In this document: positions 45,040 through 53,295 of the stretch, one piece after another
Layout: every line of letters begins with the position of its first letter
Position numbering within the stretch: the stretch's first letter is position 1
Assembly (NCBI GenBank): GCA_034722055.1
Contig: JAYENL010000314.1
Location: 26,641-90,640 of the forward strand
DNA: 64,000 nucleotides
Direction of reading: 5' to 3'
Origin: Armatimonadota bacterium
GTDB lineage: Bacteria > Armatimonadota > Zipacnadia > Zipacnadales > UBA5352
Made by a program: the position numbers and the translations under genes
The notes under the pieces: generated by a model
Seen by the model: the letters and a program-made list of their open reading frames with translations, nothing else
The model's database searches: none
Told to the model about the DNA's origin: nothing

Positions 45040-46014
45040 TCACGGTGCGCTGGACTCCTCGGGGCCCGGGAACAGCTCGCACAGGGCCTCGTAGACGTCA
45101 TCGGGCACGTCGGCGTCGGCGGCCTGGATGTTGTCCTCGAGCTGGCTCACCTTGGTGACGCCGCTGATGACCGACGTCAGGGCCGGATGCCGCAGGCACC
45201 AGGCCATGGCGAGCTGCGCGGCGGTCAGACCCAGGTCGCCGGCCATCTCCTCCAGGCGCTTGGCCTTTCGCAGGATCTCGTCGGTCCAGTAGAGGTCCAT
45301 CAGGATCTTATTCTGGGCCTCGTCGGCCGCGCGCGTGCCCTCCGGTGGCGGCTCGCCGGGCTCGTACTTGGCGGTCAGCACGCCGTGCGCCAGCGGCGAG
45401 AACACCACGTTGCCCAGGCCGTTGTGCAGGCAGGTGGGGAAGACCGCCTCCTCCGGCTCGCGCCACAGGAGGCTGTAGCGGGGCTGATTGGAGACCGGCG
45501 GGCGGCAGTTCATCATCTTCGCCAGGTCCACGGCCTCCTGGATCAGCTCCGCCGGCCACTCGCTGGTGCCCCAGTAGAGGATCTTGCCCTGCCGGGCGAG
45601 GTCCTCCATGATGCGGATGGTCTCCTCCAGCGGCGTCTCCGGGTCGGGCCGGTGGCACTGATACAGATCGATGTAGTCGGTCTGCAGGCGCCGCAGGGAC
45701 GCGTCGCACTGCTCGAAGACGTGCTTGGCCGAGAGCCCGCTGTCGTTCGGCCCCTCGCCCATCGGCGCCCAGACCTTGGTGGCCAGCACGTAGTCGTCGC
45801 GATCATAGTCCTGCAGGATCTTGCCGAGCGCGATCTCGGCCTGGCCCCGGTTGTAGGCATTGGCGGTGTCGATCCAGTTGATGCCCCCGTCGAAGGCCAC
45901 CTTCACGCACTCGGCGGCGGTCTCGTCATCGACGTGCATGCCGATGGTCAGGTAGCTGCCGAGGCCGATGGTGCTGAGCTTCACGCCCCACTTGCCCAGA
46001 TTGCGGTACTCCAT
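45040..46014 (-). CDS. Aldo/keto reductase
   Basis: 'MEYRNLGKWGVKLSTIGLGSY' and 'IDTANAYN'. The catalytic tetrad context 'DLYQCHRPD' is present. 324 aa. Confidence 0.85.
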   Translation of the reverse strand: MEYRNLGKWGVKLSTIGLGSYLTIGMHVDDETAAECVKVAFDGGINWIDTANAYNRGQAEIALGKILQDYDRDDYVLATKVWAPMGEGPNDSGLSAKHVFEQCDASLRRLQTDYIDLYQCHRPDPETPLEETIRIMEDLARQGKILYWGTSEWPAELIQEAVDLAKMMNCRPPVSNQPRYSLLWREPEEAVFPTCLHNGLGNVVFSPLAHGVLTAKYEPGEPPPEGTRAADEAQNKILMDLYWTDEILRKAKRLEEMAGDLGLTAAQLAMAWCLRHPALTSVISGVTKVSQLEDNIQAADADVPDDVYEALCELFPGPEESSAP

Positions 46015-46086
46015 GCTCTACACCCTTTCTTGCCAACGGTGCGGTGGTGAGCAGCATTTCGTCGCACTGGTTGCCTCGTCCTCCGT

Positions 46087-47205
46087 TCAGCCGGGCGGGC
46101 CCACCTCCTGGAAGGGCGCGGGAGGCGCGCCGCAGTGCCTCCGGATGCGGTCCATGAACTTCCACAGCGCCCCGTAGTGGCAGATCGGGGGCAGACCGTG
46201 GTCCACGCTGGGGAAGTAGCCGCCGTGCTCCAGCATCTGCGGCACCTTGGCGTCCACCTCGGCGATGGCCGTCTCGCCCGTGGGATCGACCATGGCGTGC
46301 TTGTCCAGCCCGCCGCAGATGACGAAGCGCGGCAGCTCGCGGCGGATCTGCAGGATGTCGGAGCCGCCGTGGGTCGGCTCGAAGGCGTGGCACATGTTCA
46401 CGCCCGCCTCCCACAGGCAATGCACCAGCTCGCTGACATCACCGTCGCAGTCAATGTCCACCACCGCGGCACCGACCTCGCGCGCGAAGTTGGCCACCTC
46501 GCGGTAGTAGGGACCGCAGAACTCGGCGAAGGCCTCCGGTGAGATGAGCATCCCGCCGCGGTAGCACATGTCCTCCCAGCCGCAGATGGCGTCGATCTGG
46601 ATGCGATCGGCCACCCACCGGGCCTGGTCGAGGAACAGGTCGGTCTGAGCGCGGTTGATCTCGTGGATCAGGTCGGGGTCGTCGTGCATCAGGTAGCTGA
46701 TACGGTCGATCCCGAACCAGCTCCGCAGCCTCCCCCAGTAGCTGGGGCAGCTCACCGCCAGCGGCTCATCGGGCTGCTCGTCAGGAAGCTGCGGCCGGCC
46801 GCGGTCGGGGTGTGCCGGGTCCCAGCGCGGCCGCATCTGTAGCTCCCAGTCGCGGCGGTCCTCGAACATGTAGCTCTGGAACTGGGGCATCATATAGTGG
46901 TCGGGGTTGTCGGCCAGCTCCCGCGTCTCGGCCTTGTAGCAGCGCACCAGCACGTATCCGTCGCCGAGGTCGATGCGCTCCACCTCGAAGGCCGGCACGA
47001 AGCCGGTGTGCAGCCCGATCTGGTGGTAGCCCTCCACCCCCCAGAACTCTTCGACGGACTCGAAGTCGCTGGGATAGCCCTCCTCGTGCTGCCACCGGGC
47101 GATGGTCTCGCGATGGGCGATGCCGATGCCGGGCGCCCACCAGTAGGGGACGTAGTCAGGCTCCTCGAACCTCGCCACCGCCAGGAAGCGCTCGCGGGTC
47201 GTCAC
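46087..47205 (-). CDS. Uroporphyrinogen decarboxylase (URO-D)-fold family protein (non-haem paralog; function unknown)
   Basis: 372 aa with a URO-D/MtaA-like TIM-barrel pattern. It lies within a sugar-catabolic operon rather than a haem locus. Confidence 0.45.
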   Translation of the reverse strand: MTTRERFLAVARFEEPDYVPYWWAPGIGIAHRETIARWQHEEGYPSDFESVEEFWGVEGYHQIGLHTGFVPAFEVERIDLGDGYVLVRCYKAETRELADNPDHYMMPQFQSYMFEDRRDWELQMRPRWDPAHPDRGRPQLPDEQPDEPLAVSCPSYWGRLRSWFGIDRISYLMHDDPDLIHEINRAQTDLFLDQARWVADRIQIDAICGWEDMCYRGGMLISPEAFAEFCGPYYREVANFAREVGAAVVDIDCDGDVSELVHCLWEAGVNMCHAFEPTHGGSDILQIRRELPRFVICGGLDKHAMVDPTGETAIAEVDAKVPQMLEHGGYFPSVDHGLPPICHYGALWKFMDRIRRHCGAPPAPFQEVGPPG

Positions 47206-47990
47206 CTGCGCCCCTCCAGGACTATCGTCTCGCCGGGCTGAGGCATGTGCGTGTCGGGGAAGATCTCTGTGGTCGCGGCGAGCACCTCCTCGCGATCCCC
47301 AGCGCCGATGTGCACGAGCGCCAGCATGGCGGCCCCCGCGTCGGCGGCGATGCGCGCGGACTGGAGGGCGCTGGAGTGACCGGCGCTGCTATCCGGGTCC
47401 GGATCGGTGAGGCCGGTCGAGCCCTCCATGACCAGCAGGTCCACGCTCCGGAAGAAGTCTGCCAGTTCGGGGAGGTAGGCGGTATCGCCTGAGATGCCGA
47501 TCGTGGCCCCTGTCTGCGTGTCGCAAAGCCGGTACGCGAGGCCCTGCACCGGATGGCGGGTGGGAGCCGTCTGCACCTCCAGTTCGCCCACGCGGAGACT
47601 CTCGCCGGGCTGCAGTGGCAGGACCTGCGGCCGGGCGCTGACGGACGCGAAGCGGTCGGCCTGCAGGTAGTCCAGGGCCAGGTCCACCACGCGCTCGATG
47701 TCCTCGGCCGGGCCGGCGACGGCCAGTTCGGCGGCGTCCTCGAGTCGCGACGCCTGCATAGCCCGGTAGAACAGCACGCCGGCCAGGCCCATGTAGTGGT
47801 CGTGGTGGCAGTGGGTGATCAGCACATGCGAGAGGTCGGTGGCGTCTCGCTCGGACCGCCGCAGCATCGACAGGGCCGCGCACCAGCCGCAGTCGATCAG
47901 CACATGCTCGTTGAGCAGGAAGCAGGCGGTGTCATCGTCCGCCGGCGGCGTGCAGCTTGCGGTTCCGATGAAGGTCAGCGTCGTCGGCAC
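47202..47990 (-). CDS. MBL-fold metallo-hydrolase
   Basis: 'HVLITHCHHDHYMG' (the HxHxDH motif). 262 aa. Its stop overlaps the start of the URO-D-like gene. Confidence 0.7.
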   Translation of the reverse strand: MPTTLTFIGTASCTPPADDDTACFLLNEHVLIDCGWCAALSMLRRSERDATDLSHVLITHCHHDHYMGLAGVLFYRAMQASRLEDAAELAVAGPAEDIERVVDLALDYLQADRFASVSARPQVLPLQPGESLRVGELEVQTAPTRHPVQGLAYRLCDTQTGATIGISGDTAYLPELADFFRSVDLLVMEGSTGLTDPDPDSSAGHSSALQSARIAADAGAAMLALVHIGAGDREEVLAATTEIFPDTHMPQPGETIVLEGRR

Positions 47991-48122
47991 GGCGCGTCAC
48001 CTCTCGTGTTCAGTGCCGGGAATTCGCTTACCTTGCCGCACCCGCCACGATGCCCGCGCCCACCATGGAGTGGCCGCCGCGAGCGAGCGGGGCGCGGTCA
48101 GGAGCGGGAGCGAGTGACCGCG

Positions 48123-48140
48123 CAGGTTCCACCCCGGCCC
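48123..48140 (+). repeat. Intergenic repeat R2 module, copy b
   Basis: 'CAGGTTCCACCCCGGCCC', with the flanking 'CCGCGAGCGAGCGG...GAGCGAGTGACC' shared with 51866-51912. Confidence 0.7.
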
Positions 48141-48155
48141 GCGTCCTCCGAGCAG

Positions 48156-48875
48156 TCACTGATCCTTGTCACGCCCGCCCCAGCCCGCCGAGATGCGCTC
48201 GATGCAGCCCTCGGGCCGGTAGTCGGCGGGATCGACGCCCAGCCCCAGCTCATCGCGGATGGCCTGCAGCTCCCGGAGGCGCTCCGCCGAGAGAGCGTCC
48301 GCGCCGCCGAGCTGCTGGATAACCGCGGCCACCTGCGCCCCCTGCTCCACCCACTCCATGCGGTGGTGCGCCTCCCAGATATCCCGGCCCACCGCCACGA
48401 CGCCATGGTTGCGCAGCAGGAAGGCGTCGGCCTGCTGCAGCATCGGCAGGGCGGTCTCAGGCACCTCCGGGCTGCCGGGCGGGGCGAACCGCGCGCAGGG
48501 CACCTCCCAGAGCGTGACCGCGACCTCCGTGATGTAGTGCGTGGGCAGCGGCCGGCCCAGCGCCGCGAAGGCCGTGGCGTAGGGCGGATGAGCGTGCACG
48601 ACCGCCCCTACGTCGCGCCGGGCGCAGTAGCAGACCAGGTGCAGCATGGCCTCCGAGGACGCTTCCCCCGGACCGATCACTCGCCCATCGGGGGTCATCA
48701 TGACGATCTGGTCGGGCGCCATGAAGCCCTTGGAGACGCCGGTGGGGGTGCAGAGGATGTTGCCATCGGCCATCCGGGCGCTGATGTTCCCGTCGGTGGC
48801 CGCCACCTGTGAGCGGGCCCACAGGCGCTGGCCAACCTCGCAGATGGCCTTGCGAAGCTCCTGCTCGCTCGCCAT
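48156..48875 (-). CDS. Class II aldolase/adducin family protein (fuculose-1-phosphate aldolase / ribulose-5-phosphate 4-epimerase-like)
   Basis: 'ATDGNISARM' and 'TPTGVSKG'. The zinc ligands lie in 'AVVHAHPPYATA'. 239 aa. Confidence 0.8.
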   Translation of the reverse strand: MASEQELRKAICEVGQRLWARSQVAATDGNISARMADGNILCTPTGVSKGFMAPDQIVMMTPDGRVIGPGEASSEAMLHLVCYCARRDVGAVVHAHPPYATAFAALGRPLPTHYITEVAVTLWEVPCARFAPPGSPEVPETALPMLQQADAFLLRNHGVVAVGRDIWEAHHRMEWVEQGAQVAAVIQQLGGADALSAERLRELQAIRDELGLGVDPADYRPEGCIERISAGWGGRDKDQ

Positions 48876-48892
48876 CTCGCTCTCCTCGTCCG

Positions 48893-49864
48893 CTACAGGT
48901 CGCTGAGCATCACTGGCTCGCCGGAGTCGGCCGACTGGTTGGCGGCGAGGCTCACGGCCAGGGACTCGATGCCGTCGGAGTAGTCCGACAGGATGAGCGA
49001 CTGGTCACCGGTCTCGACGGCCTGCACGAATGCCTCACTCTCCCGGAAGTGTGCGGAGATGGGCTGGAAGGTCTTGGTCTCGCTGCCGGCCCGGGTGCGC
49101 AGCTCGAAGTTGGACTGATCGAAGACCACCGTCTTGCGGTCACCGATGATGCACAGCCCGTTGCGCCATCCCGGCGGCACGCAGGAGTTGGTGATGTTGC
49201 CCACCGCACCGCTCTCGAAGCGGAGGTTGACGGTGCCCACGTCCGGCACCGAGATGTTCTCCACGTCCGTCATCGCCCGCAGGGCCATCTCGGCGTACAC
49301 CCGCTCCACGTCGCCCGCCAGATAGCGGGCCATGTCCACGATGTGCGTGGTCTGCTCCACGATCTGGCCCCCGGACTGCTCCTTCACGCGCCACCACGCC
49401 ACCCCCGGCAGCCCGCCCATCCACCACCCCAGGACCATGGCGATGGTCTCGCCCTCCAGGGCCTCCTGCGCCCACCTGGCTGTGTCGTGATAGCGCCAGT
49501 GGTAGCCGACGCAGTTGATGACGCCGGCGCGCTCGATGGCGGCCTCGATCTCCCGAACCTTCGCCATGCTCAGCCCGATGGGCTTCTCAACGAAGATCGC
49601 CATGCCCGCCTCCGCGGCCATGATCTCCTGATCCTCGTGCGCGAAGGGCGGCAGGCAGATGTAGACGGCGTCCATCTCCACGCTGTCGTACATCGCCTCA
49701 TGGGTAGCGAATGCCCGGCCGCCGTACTCCTCCGCGGCCGCCTCGGCCTTCTCCTCCACGATGTCGCTGAAGGCCACCATCTCCGCGTCCTCGATCTTGG
49801 CGAGGTTGCGCATGTGCGCGTTCGCGATCCCGCCGCATCCGACGAATCCGATCCTCACTGCCAT
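48893..49864 (-). CDS. Gfo/Idh/MocA family oxidoreductase
   Basis: 'MAVRIGFVGCGGIANAH'. ATG 49864 is preceded by GGGAGGAG. Confidence 0.8.
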   Translation of the reverse strand: MAVRIGFVGCGGIANAHMRNLAKIEDAEMVAFSDIVEEKAEAAAEEYGGRAFATHEAMYDSVEMDAVYICLPPFAHEDQEIMAAEAGMAIFVEKPIGLSMAKVREIEAAIERAGVINCVGYHWRYHDTARWAQEALEGETIAMVLGWWMGGLPGVAWWRVKEQSGGQIVEQTTHIVDMARYLAGDVERVYAEMALRAMTDVENISVPDVGTVNLRFESGAVGNITNSCVPPGWRNGLCIIGDRKTVVFDQSNFELRTRAGSETKTFQPISAHFRESEAFVQAVETGDQSLILSDYSDGIESLAVSLAANQSADSGEPVMLSDL

Positions 49865-49968
49865 GTGGTGCTCCTCCCTCTTCTTCTCGGGCCGTTCCAC
49901 GGCCCGATGCGCTGGCTGTTCGCTGCGACAGCAGTACGCTTCTGCAGTAGTTCGCAGCCCCGGCGACG

Positions 49969-50727
49969 TCACCTGCCTGCGGGGCGCAGACGGTCGCGGC
50001 CCGCGGCCAGCGCCGCCTCGAGATCGGCCACCAGCCCTCGGACGGCCTCTGAGGCCTCATCGAAGAGCCGCGCCCGGTGCAGCAGCAGGACCTCCGCGAG
50101 GTGCCGGTCAGCGACCTGGCGCTCCAGCGCCGGACAGGGAGGTACCTGCAGCGAGCGGATCTCGTCGAAGCTGAGGTTCGCCGGCCCCACGCCGTTGAGC
50201 AGCCGGTGGATCTGCGCCCATCCAAAGCGGGTGCGCAGGAATGCGGCCACGTAGTCAGGATCGAGGCCGCCGAGGCGCACCAGGTCCACGAAGCAGTCCA
50301 CGACCGCTGGCTCCTCGGCGTGATAGACCGCCAGGCGGTTGCGCTCCAGCGATCCCGCGCCGGAGCGCGCGATCAGGAGGTCACCGCGACGCACCATGGC
50401 CCTCTCGATGGCCCAGGGGGAGCCCCGGGCCACGTGCACCGCGCCGGCCATGTCAACGCCGCTGGTGCCGAGGGCTCCCTGGCCGATCATGGGGATGCCG
50501 CCGCGCGTCATCTGGGGCCTGCGGCCCGTGACGATGGCCCCGTAGGTGATGTGGTCGATGAACTCTCCCAGCGGCCGCAGAGGGAGCTGGCACCCGGCCA
50601 GCACCTCATCGTAGCCGGTGTGCCAGTATGACGGGTCCAGGCGGCGGATGAGCTTGTCGTCCTGAGCGCGATGGGTCAGAAACACCTGCGGACCTCCTGC
50701 CGGCGGCTGGCAGTCGATGGAGGACAT
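49969..50727 (-). CDS. Type I restriction-modification specificity-subunit-like protein with a single target-recognition domain (orphan HsdS-like)
   Basis: 'LGEFIDHITYG...GIPMIGQG' and the conserved C-terminal region 'NGVGPANLSFDEIRSLQVPPCPALERQVADRHLAEV' fit the Methylase_S pattern. No hsdM or hsdR is in the window. It is the first gene of a minus-strand sugar operon. Confidence 0.5.
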   Translation of the reverse strand: MSSIDCQPPAGGPQVFLTHRAQDDKLIRRLDPSYWHTGYDEVLAGCQLPLRPLGEFIDHITYGAIVTGRRPQMTRGGIPMIGQGALGTSGVDMAGAVHVARGSPWAIERAMVRRGDLLIARSGAGSLERNRLAVYHAEEPAVVDCFVDLVRLGGLDPDYVAAFLRTRFGWAQIHRLLNGVGPANLSFDEIRSLQVPPCPALERQVADRHLAEVLLLHRARLFDEASEAVRGLVADLEAALAAGRDRLRPAGR

Positions 50728-50815
50728 TCGCCGGCGGAGCGAGAATCGCCTACGCTGCCAGGCAGATGGATTGCACGGCCGACGCGGCTGAGACCACAAT
50801 CAAGGAGGGACACCA

Positions 50816-51736
50816 ATGGCTTTCATGCCGGAGCAGGCTAGGTTCATCGATTTCAGGGACGCGGCAGAGTGTGCGCGCGTTCGGGCCATCACCAAGGAGG
50901 AGATCACCGACCACCCCAATCCGGACTTCCAGATCAGTGTCGTTGAGGATGCGGCAGAGTTCTACGGCCGGTTCGCAACGGACATCGTGCTGCGTATCGT
51001 CCAGGCCCGAGACGAGGGCCGGGAGTGTGTGCTGATTCTGCCCGTGGGCCCGGTACCACAGTACGCCATCGCGGCGGAGATGATCAACCGGATGGGCATC
51101 GACTGCAGCCACCTGGTGACCTTCAACATGGATGAGTACGCCGACGAGGACGGCACCACCGCCCCGGCCGAGTGGGAGGGGTCCTTCGCCACCGCCATGT
51201 GGGGGAACCTCTTCGGCCGCATCGACGAGAGCCTGCGGCCCCCGGACGAGAACATCCACTTCCCCGACAGCGACAACATCGACGACTACTCGCAGATGAT
51301 CGCCGACTACGGCGGCGCGGACTGCTGCTACGGGGGGATCGGGTGGTGCGGGCATATCGCCTTCTGGGAGTCGCACATGGGGCACCGGTACGACACCATG
51401 GAGGAGTACAAGGCCGCCCAGGCCCAGATTGTGGAGCTTCACCCCATGACCATCATGCAGAACGCCCTGCACAGCTTCGGCGGCGACTGGTCGTGGGTGC
51501 CGCCCAAGGCCGCGACCATCGCCCCAGCCGACATCATGGGCGCGAAGCACCGCAGCTTCTGGCTGGACGGGATGTGCGGGCCGGCCACGCCCATGAGCTG
51601 GCAGCGCTTCATCGCCCGGCTGGTGGCGCACGGGCCGGTCAGCAAGTTCATCCCCGGCTCCATCCTGCAGGAGGCCCGGACGGACTACACCATCCTCGGC
51701 GGGGTGGCCGACAACGTCGAGATCGAGATGGCGTAG
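50816..51736 (+). CDS. Glucosamine-6-phosphate deaminase (NagB)-like / SugarP-isomerase fold protein
   Basis: 'CVLILPVGPVPQY' and 'VTFNMDEYADEDG' (the NagB 'FNMDEY' signature). AAGGAGG SD. 306 aa. Confidence 0.65.
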   Translation: MAFMPEQARFIDFRDAAECARVRAITKEEITDHPNPDFQISVVEDAAEFYGRFATDIVLRIVQARDEGRECVLILPVGPVPQYAIAAEMINRMGIDCSHLVTFNMDEYADEDGTTAPAEWEGSFATAMWGNLFGRIDESLRPPDENIHFPDSDNIDDYSQMIADYGGADCCYGGIGWCGHIAFWESHMGHRYDTMEEYKAAQAQIVELHPMTIMQNALHSFGGDWSWVPPKAATIAPADIMGAKHRSFWLDGMCGPATPMSWQRFIARLVAHGPVSKFIPGSILQEARTDYTILGGVADNVEIEMA

Positions 51737-51913
51737 CGGCCTTGCGATCGGCAGGATGGACGATGCCTGGAAACCGTTGCATGGCTGTGCCTTCCGCGCA
51801 TCTTGCGCGCCGCTTCCGAGCGACAACGGTCTCGATTGCTGTCGTTGCGTGGAGGGGCCGCCGCGAGCGAAGCGAGCGGTGGGAGGTCGGGAGCGTAGCG
51901 AGTGACCTCACAG

Positions 51914-51977
51914 GTTCCACCCCGGCCCATTTCGTTTGATTCCGCGAAGCGGCAGACGGCCGGGCCGGGGTGGAACC
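51914..51977 (+). repeat. Palindromic R2 element: a 16-bp perfect stem (GGTTCCACCCCGGCCC / GGGCCGGGGTGGAACC) with a 32-nt loop between convergent genes. A likely REP or bidirectional terminator
   Basis: Arms at 51914-51929 and 51962-51977. The same 16-mer is present at 15474-15496 and 48123-48140. Confidence 0.75.
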
Positions 51978-52148
51978 TTCGGCCCTTGCGGGCCTCACTC
52001 CTCGCGCCAACGCTTCGCATTGGACGCTCGCAGCGGCCCCTCCATGCGCCACAGGCAACGACCGTGCCTCTCGTAGACGCCCCAGCCTGAGGCAGCACTG
52101 GGGCGTACGTAGCGCAGGAGAGCTGTGGAGTTGTGCGTAGAGGCCAGG

Positions 52149-53282
52149 TCAGATGCGCGTACCGGAATGCTTGATGAGGGTGAACTGCAGCGTGCTCTCC
52201 TCGGCGGCAGGCACCTCCAGGCGCATCACCACACGCCCCGCTTCGGTCACATACAGAGCCTGGGTCTCGAAGTCCCAGGTGTCCAGGACGGTCTCGACGA
52301 CCTCGAGCTGCGCCCTCCGGTCCGTGTGATTGCTCACCCGCAGCTCGTAGCGCTCCACGGTGTCGAAGCCGCAGACGCGGCCGAGGCGGTCGAACTCCAG
52401 GCGCACCTTCGACCGCTCCAGCAGCCTGCGCTCGACCAGGATGTCGCGCTCGGCGCCCAGCGGCACCTCCATGGACTCCCCCGCGGCGTAGCTTAGCTCC
52501 CCCCGAACCAGCTCCCAGGTGGCCTCCTCGTCCTCGATGGCCACGCTCAAAGGCCCCTTGGGCAGCGCCTCGCGCTCGAGGCCCCCCGACTGCGGCGGCT
52601 CCACCACGAGGATGCGCTCGACCCGCTCGGGGGCTTGCTCGGAGTCGATGCGGTGCAGGAGCCGCGCGCGCAGGGACACGGGCGGGAGGAAGCCGGCGCG
52701 CACCGCAGTGCCCTGCGGCAGCGCGTCCACGCCCATGATGGGGAACGTCGGCTGCGCGGGCTCGCCGACGGCCATCCCCGGCCGCCCCAGCACGACCTCG
52801 GCCGTGATGGGGTCGAGCTTGACGCCGCTGCCGTTGGTGACCGTCACATAGCCCCGCAGCAGCGCCTCCTCGGCCCCGGGCGCCCACGTCATCCGGTAGC
52901 TGGGGCTCCAGGAGATGCCCTTGAGCAGGTAGCTCACCGTCACGGGGTACTCCCCGGCGTCGCGGGCCGTGACCGTCCATCGGAGGCTCTTGCCGCCCCC
53001 GGAGGGGCGGACGGTCTCGCCGAGGCTGAGGCCCTCGGCGGCGCGCAGCCTCACCGAGCCGGCGTCCAGGTTGTCGCTGGACCACGAGAAGGTCAGCACG
53101 CTCTCGCCCTCGCGCATCTGGGCGGTAACGTGCTGGCGGATGAGCGCATCGGAGGTCTCCGTGCAGAGCGCGACCTCCGAGGGCATGGGCGCGGCGACCT
53201 GATGCACCTCCGGCGCCGCCTCCGCCGTCGCCCACCCGATCACCGCGATCGCGGCCGTCAGTGCGTGCAGCCTTCTGATCAT
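52149..53282 (-). CDS. Secreted hypothetical protein, DUF4139-like (mucoidy-inhibitor MuiA-like) domain
   Basis: The ATG at 53282 begins a signal peptide 'MIRRLHALTAAIAVIGWATAEAAP'. The C-terminal 'VERYELRVSNHTDRRAQLEVVETVL' resembles the DUF4139 block. This is a weak call. Confidence 0.4.
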   Translation of the reverse strand: MIRRLHALTAAIAVIGWATAEAAPEVHQVAAPMPSEVALCTETSDALIRQHVTAQMREGESVLTFSWSSDNLDAGSVRLRAAEGLSLGETVRPSGGGKSLRWTVTARDAGEYPVTVSYLLKGISWSPSYRMTWAPGAEEALLRGYVTVTNGSGVKLDPITAEVVLGRPGMAVGEPAQPTFPIMGVDALPQGTAVRAGFLPPVSLRARLLHRIDSEQAPERVERILVVEPPQSGGLEREALPKGPLSVAIEDEEATWELVRGELSYAAGESMEVPLGAERDILVERRLLERSKVRLEFDRLGRVCGFDTVERYELRVSNHTDRRAQLEVVETVLDTWDFETQALYVTEAGRVVMRLEVPAAEESTLQFTLIKHSGTRI

Positions 53283-53295
53283 GGCCCCGCTCCTG

